Program-made: the position numbers and the translations under genes
Source: an uncultured Alphaproteobacteria bacterium
GTDB lineage: Bacteria; Pseudomonadota; Alphaproteobacteria; JALCBB01
Reading direction: 5' to 3'
NCBI GenBank assembly: GCA_958267355.1
Contig: OY279575.1
Location: 1,246,295-1,310,294, forward strand
Length of the DNA stretch: 64,000 bases
Shown: positions 57,375-64,000 of the stretch, in pieces
Layout: every line of letters begins with the position of its first letter
Numbering within the stretch: the stretch's first letter is position 1
The notes under the pieces: generated by a model
Database searches by the model: none
Told to the model about the DNA's origin: nothing
What the model saw: only the letters and a program-made list of their open reading frames with translations

Positions 57375-58031
57375 GTGGCACAGGATTCCTTACGCAGAGT
57401 CTTTGACGCGAGCGACAAGTCGCTACTGATTGCCAGCCACAACGCAGGCAAGGTAGAAGAATTCGCCGCCTTGCTAAAACCGCTTGGCGTGCGGGCTGTG
57501 GCGGCAGGTGATTTGGGCGTAGCCGAAGCGGTAGAAGACGCGAGCGACTTTGCAGGAAACGCACGTCTGAAGGCGCAAGCGGCGGCGGGGGCTACGGGGC
57601 GCATTGCTCTCGGAGACGACTCGGGGCTTAGTGTTGCGGCATTAGATGGTGCGCCTGGATTACTTTCTGCACGCTGGGCGGAAAGGCAAGACGCGCGGGG
57701 CGAGACAATCCGCGATTTTTCCTACGCTATGGAGCAGGTACAGCGGGCTTTACAAAAACGCGGCGTTGAGCCAAGTGGAGCAAGCGCACAGTTTGTTTGC
57801 GCCTTGTGCCTAGCCGAGCCAAGCGGACAAGCCGCCAGCTTTACGGGCGCAGTGAAGGGCAGGCTTACCTTTCCGCCACGGGGTGGGCGGGGGTTTGGCT
57901 ATGACCCGATTTTTATTCCTGAAGGTGAAAGCCGCACCTTTGGCGAAATGCCGCGTTTAGAAAAGGAGTCACAAAGCCACCGCGCCCGTGCTTTTGCCGA
58001 ACTGATGGCGTGGCTTGATGAAACTTCTTGA
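57375..58031 (+). CDS. rdgB: RdgB/HAM1 non-canonical purine NTP pyrophosphatase
   Basis: ASHNAGK, DDSGL, PG..SAR, GFGYDPIF, SHRARA. Confidence 0.95.
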   Translation: MAQDSLRRVFDASDKSLLIASHNAGKVEEFAALLKPLGVRAVAAGDLGVAEAVEDASDFAGNARLKAQAAAGATGRIALGDDSGLSVAALDGAPGLLSARWAERQDARGETIRDFSYAMEQVQRALQKRGVEPSGASAQFVCALCLAEPSGQAASFTGAVKGRLTFPPRGGRGFGYDPIFIPEGESRTFGEMPRLEKESQSHRARAFAELMAWLDETS

Positions 58032-58095
58032 ACACAAACCCGTTAAAGCAAACCCGTTAAAGCAAATTCTTTAAAGCAAAAGCGCGAGGCAAAAA

Positions 58096-59622
58096 GTGAG
58101 TCAAGGCGTGAGCGAAGGTATGAGTCAAAGCCTAAGCGCGTTGCAGTCTGGCGGTGCATCTCCCTTGGCGGATGCATCTGCTCCTGCTTTTGGAGTCTAT
58201 CTGCACTGGCCGTTTTGTGCGTCTAAGTGTCCGTATTGCGACTTCAACAGCCATGTCCGTGATGCTGTTGATACGGCGGCTTGGCAAGAAGCCTTGTGTG
58301 CTGAACTAGAAGATGCGGCGGCACATCTTTGGGCAAATCCACCCGATGCACCGCGCCAAGTTGCCAGTGTGTTTTTTGGCGGCGGAACCCCTTCGCTTAT
58401 GCCGCCTGAATGCGTAGCCGCGATTCTTGAGAAGGTGCAGGCTCTGTGGCAGAGCCTAGATGCAATAGAAATCACCTTGGAGTGTAATCCTAGCGATTTG
58501 GACGAAGCCCGTTGTCGTGGCTTGCGCGATGCGGGAGTTAATCGTTTGTCTATTGGAGTGCAATCGTTTGACGATGCGGTTTTGTCTTTTCTGGGTAGGC
58601 GGCACGATGGCGCACAGGCACGAGCGGCTTTAACGGCGGCGTGCAAAACTTTTCCGCGGGTTTCATTGGATATGATCTACGCTCATCCTGAACAGAGCGT
58701 TCGGGCGTGGCGCGAAGATTTGCACCAAGGACTCGCCTTCGCCACCGAACACGTATCTGCCTATCAATTGACTCTTGAGCCGAATACGCCTTTTTACGCT
58801 CAGGCACGGCGGGGTGTGTTTTCTGTACCTGGCGAAGACGCGGCTCTGGCTTTGTGGAATGAAACCCAAGAAGCGACTGTGCGGGCGGGTTTGGTGCGCT
58901 ATGAAACTTCTAATCATGCGCGTGGTGGTGTGGCGGGGGCGAGTCGCCATAACTTAGAGATTTGGCGGGGCGGAGATTATGCGGCGATTGGGCCCGGTGC
59001 ACATGGGCGCACTACAATAGAAACAAGTGCGCACGGGCGCACCACAATAGAAACAAGTGCGCACGGGCGCACCACAATAGAAACAAGTGCGCACGGGCGC
59101 ACCACAATAGAAACAAGTGCGCACGGGCGCACTACAATTGAAACAAGTGCGCACGGGCGCACCACGATGGAAACAAGTGCGCACGGGCGCACCACGATGG
59201 AAAGCCGAAGGCAAAACGAAGTACAAGACAAAAAGCGTATCGCCGTTTCGCGGATTGCTTCCCCCGAACGTTGGCTTGCCCTGCGGAGTACAGGCAAAGA
59301 CACCTTAAGCGAAGAACAGCTACTTTCAGCGGATGAAATCCGTGATGAAATTTTTTTGAATGGCTTGCGTCTTAGCACGGGGGTTTCGCGTGCCCGCCTG
59401 ACCCGCGAGACGGGATACCAAGACTTCCAGCAAGCCCTACCTGCTGACCGCCTGACAAGTCTTGTTGAAAGCGGCTTGCTGGTGCTGGACGAAACGGGCT
59501 TGCGCACCACAGAAGCAGGAGCTGTGCGCTTGAATGCAATCCTTGGCTATCTTTTGGCGCTTCCTGCGGGCGATAAAAAACGGGCGCAAGAAGAACAGGC
59601 ACAAGAAGTACAAGGCGTATAA
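58096..59622 (+). CDS. hemW: Radical SAM heme chaperone HemW with internal 10-aa tandem repeat
   Basis: YLHWPFCASKCPYCDFNSH, FFGGGTPS, YETSN, HN...W, IGPGAHGR. Confidence 0.93.
   Translation: MSQGVSEGMSQSLSALQSGGASPLADASAPAFGVYLHWPFCASKCPYCDFNSHVRDAVDTAAWQEALCAELEDAAAHLWANPPDAPRQVASVFFGGGTPSLMPPECVAAILEKVQALWQSLDAIEITLECNPSDLDEARCRGLRDAGVNRLSIGVQSFDDAVLSFLGRRHDGAQARAALTAACKTFPRVSLDMIYAHPEQSVRAWREDLHQGLAFATEHVSAYQLTLEPNTPFYAQARRGVFSVPGEDAALALWNETQEATVRAGLVRYETSNHARGGVAGASRHNLEIWRGGDYAAIGPGAHGRTTIETSAHGRTTIETSAHGRTTIETSAHGRTTIETSAHGRTTIETSAHGRTTMETSAHGRTTMESRRQNEVQDKKRIAVSRIASPERWLALRSTGKDTLSEEQLLSADEIRDEIFLNGLRLSTGVSRARLTRETGYQDFQQALPADRLTSLVESGLLVLDETGLRTTEAGAVRLNAILGYLLALPAGDKKRAQEEQAQEVQGV
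58997..59203 (+). repeat. In-frame 30-bp VNTR (AHGRTT(I/M)ETS) x~7 inside hemW
   Basis: gtgcgcacgggcgcaccacaatagaaacaa repeated with few substitutions. Confidence 0.97.
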
Positions 59623-59652
59623 GCCTTGCCTATAGAACGTACCGTATAGGGC

Positions 59653-61161
59653 TTAGTTGGCTCTATCGCCAAACCGCTCGGGGGGTGGAGCGAGTAGTTG
59701 GTTTCCTGTTGCTGTTGCTTGATAGACGGCAAGGGCGCGTTCGTTTCCGCCATCGCGGCGGAGGCGAAACAAGCCCGCCACACCCGAAAACCCCTGCGGA
59801 CGAGTCAGTGCCGCAACGCCCCAAGGTGAAGTGTGTTTTTTCTGGCTTGGAGTTTCGCCCTGTGTTTTGTCTTGTGTTTCGTTTGATTTTTCTGTGTCTG
59901 AATTTTCTGTTTCTGTGTTTTTTGTATCTGTGTTTTCTGTATCTGTGTTTTTTGTATCTGTGTTTTTGGCTTTTTGTTTTTGCTGGTGGTCGCGGTAGAG
60001 CAAGACCGCTACCGCCGCCGCATCATACGCCGTGCCAGCAATCGCAGGCGGAGCATAGCCCAGCAAATTTTCAAAGCGGCTAGCAAAACGCGTCATTAAG
60101 GGTTCTGGCGGTACGGCAAACCACGAGCCATGCAAGGCGGGTTCTGCGCGCAAGGATATTTCAGCCCCGCCAGCGAAGGTGGCAAGGCGCACGGAATCAA
60201 ACTCTGCATCGTGGAAGGCGAAGCTGTTGGCGATTCCTGCTAAGCCGCGTCCGCCTGTTGTCAGGAGCAGTACATCATAACGCCGTGCGCGGTCTAAAAA
60301 GTAGCGGACAGACTCCGAAGCGATTGGATCAGACGCGTCGTGAAACCCTTCGGCGACCAGATCCAGCTGATTGTCATTGGCGAAGGCGCGTAGGCTTTCT
60401 ACGGCGACGAATCCTAGATCATCATTGGCGGAAAAGATTGCGAAGCGATACAAGCCTTGGGTTTGGGCTTGGGCGACGATGGCGGCGATTTGCGATTGTG
60501 GTGTGCGTCCGAGAATAAAGATTCCTTGGCGGGCGACTCGCAGGTCATTGGAAAAGGTGAGAAGCGAAATTCCGTGCGGAGATAAAATTTCTCCAGCGGC
60601 TTCGGCTTGGGCGGCGAACAAAGGCCCTAAGACTAAGCCGACTCCTGCTTCTACGGCGTTTTGGGCGGCTTGGCGGGCGGTGTCGGGGGTTTCGCCTGAG
60701 TCAAAGACAAGAAAGCGCAGTGGTTCATCTACCTTGCCGCCGTGGTCGGCGACAGCTAAGCCGATTGCGTCGAGCAGGGCATTGCCCAAGGCGGCGGAGC
60801 GTCCTGCAAGGGGGACAAGCACTCCGACTTGCAAGCCTTCGGGTTCGGGCAGAACAATTGTGCGGCTGGCGGTGATTAATCCTTCGGGCAGGGGTGCAAC
60901 GACAGCCCGTGGCGAGCCGCTTTTTTTGTCCTGTTTTTGTGCGGTTGTGGTGGTGTCGCTGTTGTCTGTCTTGTCGTTCTTGTCTGTTGTCTCGGGTGCT
61001 GATGCTTTTGGTGCTATCGTGGCGGGAGCTGTTGCGTTATTTTTGGCTTGCGACACCCGCTCGGGATTGGAGCAAGCCGCCAGTGCCACCAGAAGCGTTA
61101 GCCCCACGGCAAGACAGAGAGCAGAAACGGGTGCGGCGGGAGACGAAATGCGAAGCGGCAC
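59653..61161 (-). CDS. Penicillin-binding protein activator (LpoA/LppC-like lipoprotein)
   Basis: Lipobox LAAC, VGVLVPLAG, VLGPLFA, AYDA, GFSGVAGLFR....G.NERALAV; probable GTG start at 61161. Confidence 0.85.
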   Translation of the reverse strand: MPLRISSPAAPVSALCLAVGLTLLVALAACSNPERVSQAKNNATAPATIAPKASAPETTDKNDKTDNSDTTTTAQKQDKKSGSPRAVVAPLPEGLITASRTIVLPEPEGLQVGVLVPLAGRSAALGNALLDAIGLAVADHGGKVDEPLRFLVFDSGETPDTARQAAQNAVEAGVGLVLGPLFAAQAEAAGEILSPHGISLLTFSNDLRVARQGIFILGRTPQSQIAAIVAQAQTQGLYRFAIFSANDDLGFVAVESLRAFANDNQLDLVAEGFHDASDPIASESVRYFLDRARRYDVLLLTTGGRGLAGIANSFAFHDAEFDSVRLATFAGGAEISLRAEPALHGSWFAVPPEPLMTRFASRFENLLGYAPPAIAGTAYDAAAVAVLLYRDHQQKQKAKNTDTKNTDTENTDTKNTETENSDTEKSNETQDKTQGETPSQKKHTSPWGVAALTRPQGFSGVAGLFRLRRDGGNERALAVYQATATGNQLLAPPPERFGDRAN

Positions 61162-61294
61162 GAGCAGAAACACCAACAGGGACACGAGCGGGAAAACGAA
61201 CAGGAACACCAACAGGAACACGAGCAGGAAACAGCAACAGGGACAGGGACAGGGACACGAAGAGGAAAACGAAGACGAAAAGGTAAGCCATCGC

Positions 61295-61735
61295 GTGAAA
61301 GATCGTTTTGACAACTCTGACAGCATAGCACCTGCGGGCGAGTCGCGTGAGTCTCTCGAGGAGAGCAAGGCGCGTGATTGGCGGCGGGGGCGGTTTGCTG
61401 AGACTTGGGTTTTGTGGCATTTGCGTTGGCGTGGCTGGCGGTTTGTGGCGCGGAACTGGCGGGGTCCTGCGGGAGAAATTGATTTGATTGTGCGCCGTGG
61501 TGCGATTTTGGCGTTTGTTGAGGTTAAGTTGCGTAGTGAGAAGAATGTGGGTGAGGTATTGAAGGCGCATCAGCGGCGGCGGCTTGAGCGTTCGGCGGAA
61601 GACTTTGCGGCGCGCTATGGAATGAGTCGGGCGCGGACTCCGCTGACTTTGCGTTTTGACTTGGCGGTTGTGGAGTCGCGCTATGGGTTGTGGCGGGTGC
61701 GTTATTTGGAAAGTGCTTGGCGGAGTGGCGATTAG
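61295..61735 (+). CDS. YraN family (UPF0102) nuclease-like protein; start uncertain (61148 ATG or 61295 GTG)
   Basis: G..AE, ARNWR...GEIDLI, FVEVK, RFD motifs. Confidence 0.88.
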   Translation: MKDRFDNSDSIAPAGESRESLEESKARDWRRGRFAETWVLWHLRWRGWRFVARNWRGPAGEIDLIVRRGAILAFVEVKLRSEKNVGEVLKAHQRRRLERSAEDFAARYGMSRARTPLTLRFDLAVVESRYGLWRVRYLESAWRSGD

Positions 61736-62110
61736 GCTAGGGATTAGACTGGGGATTAAGCAGGGGATTAGGCTAGTGATTTGAGCTGGTGATTTGGGCT
61801 GGAAATTGAGCTGGTGATTTAAGCTGGGAATTGGGCTAGTGATTAAGCTGGTGATTAAGCTGGTGATTAAGGCGATGATTAGCGTGGTGCTTGGGAGTGG
61901 ATTTGCGCCGAAGCTGTGCTTGCTCAAAGGTGCAGTCAAAAGCGCTATCACGGGCGGGATGAAAAGCCCAATCAAAAGCGAAATGAAGAGCGGAATCAAA
62001 AGCGGTATCACGAGCGGAAGATGCGATGCAGTGTACAACCAAGCGTGTAGCCAAGTGTCAAGCTGACTTTAAAATCAAGCGTGAAAGCAGGTGTGAAATC
62101 AGGTATGAAA
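61730..62110. repeat. Imperfect 12-13-bp tandem arrays (GATTAAGCTGGT; ATCAAAAGCG..)
   Basis: Fill the yraN-gshB spacer. Confidence 0.75.
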
Positions 62111-62129
62111 TGAAAAGAGTTCTAGCACG

Positions 62130-63098
62130 ATGAAACTGCGTATTGCTGTGCAAATGGATCCGCCTGAACAGCTTGTTCTGGCGGGCGATACGACTTTCGC
62201 GATGGCACTAGAAGCGACAAATCGCGGACATCAACTCTTTGCCTACACGCCTGACTCTTTGGCATTGGATGAAAGCTGGTTTCCTGTTGCGTGGGTGCAA
62301 AAATTAAACGCGAAGGCAAAGCCTGAGCGGTTTTATAGAAGTCAGCCTGCGACTTGTGAGTCGCTTGCGGCTTTTGATGTGGTGCTGGTGCGTCAGGATC
62401 CGCCGTATGATCTGCGGTATCTTACGGCGACTTGGTTTTTGGACTTCGCACGGGACAAAACATTAATTGTTAATGATCCGACAACTTTGCGCGATGCGCC
62501 TGAGAAGTTATGGATGGGCGCGTTGCGCGAGTCTATTCCGCGGACAATGACTAGCGATGACTTGGAGCAAGTCCGTGCCTTTGCCCAGACCTGTCCGCAC
62601 GGCGTTGTTCTCAAGCCGCTCTATGGCAATGGTGGCAGGGGGGTGGTGCGCACAAGTGCTAGCGATGAAAACCTGGCTTCGCTTTTGGAGTCCTGGGCAG
62701 ACGCCTGGCAGGCGCCACCGCAGGTTCAGGAATTTTTGCCCGCTGTGATGCAGGGTGACAAGCGTGTGCTTTTGATTGCGGGAGCGGTGGTGGGTGCGTT
62801 GAATCGTGTTCCTGCGGCGGGAGATTTTCGTGCCAACTTGCGGGTTGGAGCGACCAGCACGCCTTGTGGCTTGACCGACGGGGAGCAGGAAATATCTCAG
62901 CGGGTGGCGGATGCGCTGTGGCGGCGGGGTGTTTTTGTGGCGGGTTTGGATTTTATTGATGGCAGGCTTACGGAGGTGAATATTACTTCGCCGACGGGTT
63001 TTCGTGGTCTTGAAACTGCGGCGACAGGAAAGGTTTCTTGCAGTGCGCTTTTTTGGGATGCAGTGGAGCAGGCGGTAGAAGTCCGCCAGCAGAGATAG
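62130..63098 (+). CDS. gshB: Glutathione synthetase
   Basis: AVQMDP, RQDPPYD, DAPEK, KPLYGNGG, GDKR, EVNITSPTG. Confidence 0.96.
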   Translation: MKLRIAVQMDPPEQLVLAGDTTFAMALEATNRGHQLFAYTPDSLALDESWFPVAWVQKLNAKAKPERFYRSQPATCESLAAFDVVLVRQDPPYDLRYLTATWFLDFARDKTLIVNDPTTLRDAPEKLWMGALRESIPRTMTSDDLEQVRAFAQTCPHGVVLKPLYGNGGRGVVRTSASDENLASLLESWADAWQAPPQVQEFLPAVMQGDKRVLLIAGAVVGALNRVPAAGDFRANLRVGATSTPCGLTDGEQEISQRVADALWRRGVFVAGLDFIDGRLTEVNITSPTGFRGLETAATGKVSCSALFWDAVEQAVEVRQQR

Positions 63099-63110
63099 GG
63101 CAGGTGGTGT

Positions 63111-64000
63111 ATGGCACGGGCAGATAAAAAACCTACGGGCAAAAAGTCTTTGCGTAAAAAAGCTATGGGTAAAAAATCTTCGCGTAAAAAAGTTACGGGT
63201 AAAAACCCTGCGTATAAGAAAGCTACGGGTAAAAAATCTTCGCCTAGTACAATTGCGCGGAAAGAAACCATGCATAGAAAAACTACAGGTAAAAAAGCTA
63301 CAGGTAAAAAATCTTCACCTAGTACAATTGCACGGAAAGAAACTATGCATAGAAAAACTACAGATAAAAAGCATACGAATAAAAAGAATCCGAATAAAAC
63401 AATTACGGACAAAAAGAATACAAGCAAAAAAGCTACGCATAAAAAAACTTCGCGTAAAAACCCTGCGTATAAAAAAGCTTCGCGTAAGAAAGCTACGAGC
63501 AAAAAAGCGATTCCCCGTGCAACTTCTGCTCTGTCTGACCAAGAGTGCAAAAAGTTTTTTGCCGCTCTAGCCGCTGAACGCCCCGAGCCACAAGGCGAGC
63601 TACACTACACCAATTCCTATACTTTGCTGGTGGCGGTGGTGCTATCCGCGCAAGCCACCGATAGCGGAGTCAATCGCGCAACGGTTAATTTATTTCCCCT
63701 TGCTGACACGCCACAAAAAATGCTTGCCTTGGGAGAAGCCAAACTGCGCACCAAGATTCAAACCATTGGCTTGTATCGTACCAAGGCAAAAAATGTCATT
63801 GCTCTATCGCGGCAGCTCGTGAGCCACCACCAAGGACAAGTCCCCCAAGACCACGACTCGCTTGTAGCCTTGCCAGGGGTAGGACGCAAAACCGCGAATG
63901 TTGTTCGCAACATTGCTTTTGCCGCCGAGACGATTGCCGTTGATACCCATGTTTTTCGGGTTGCAAATCGCACGGGCTTGGCGGCGGGAAAAAACACCGA
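63111..64000 (+). CDS. nth: Endonuclease III with ~135-aa Lys-rich N-terminal extension (runs off window; absent from ORF track)
   Basis: Manual translation from ATG 63111: MARADKKPTGKKS...ELHYTNSYTLLVAVVLSAQATD.GVNRAT...IGLYRTKAKN...LPGVGRKTANVV...IAVDTHVFRVANR. Confidence 0.93.
   Translation, partial: MARADKKPTGKKSLRKKAMGKKSSRKKVTGKNPAYKKATGKKSSPSTIARKETMHRKTTGKKATGKKSSPSTIARKETMHRKTTDKKHTNKKNPNKTITDKKNTSKKATHKKTSRKNPAYKKASRKKATSKKAIPRATSALSDQECKKFFAALAAERPEPQGELHYTNSYTLLVAVVLSAQATDSGVNRATVNLFPLADTPQKMLALGEAKLRTKIQTIGLYRTKAKNVIALSRQLVSHHQGQVPQDHDSLVALPGVGRKTANVVRNIAFAAETIAVDTHVFRVANRTGLAAGKNT

Noticed and set aside
60371-61147. 454-aa ORF as a long YraN fusion
   Set aside because: The upstream part is the antisense shadow of the lpoA-like gene; YraN similarity is confined to the 3' end.

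Overview
A housekeeping-gene region of an alphaproteobacterium, inferred from gene content and order. It holds about 59 CDS: groESL with a CIRCE, moeA-moaD, bamE/cbp3/yceD/rpmF/plsX/fabH/ihfA/merR, polyamine and aldehyde catabolism genes, udg/ETF-QO/TPR/ispE, aroA-cmk-rpsA-ihfB, ahcY, gabD, etfAB, rsmI, hisI, ubiE/mutM, csp, ileS, grpE-hrcA/rph-rdgB-hemW, lpoA/yraN/gshB/nth. There are also four tRNAs (Pro-GGG, Glu-CTC, Pro-TGG, Arg-TCT). I recognised no transposase, integrase, RT, Cas or phage genes. The unusual content is mostly non-coding or low-complexity. (1) A dispersed, modular, protein-free repeat family with a ~90-bp core unit occurs at 7 loci; its terminal CC-GCAA-GG hairpin has a compensatorily varying stem and docks directly on stop codons and on the CCA ends of both tRNA-Pro genes. 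(2) Short imperfect tandem duplications fill most larger intergenic spacers and insert in frame into many core enzymes, giving several Lys-rich histone-H1-like tails. (3) TAG is the commonest stop codon and some 4-bp palindromes appear depleted. (4) There is an orphan MT-A70 methyltransferase and a candidate sRNA. All calls come from reading the sequence; no searches were run and several start codons are estimates.
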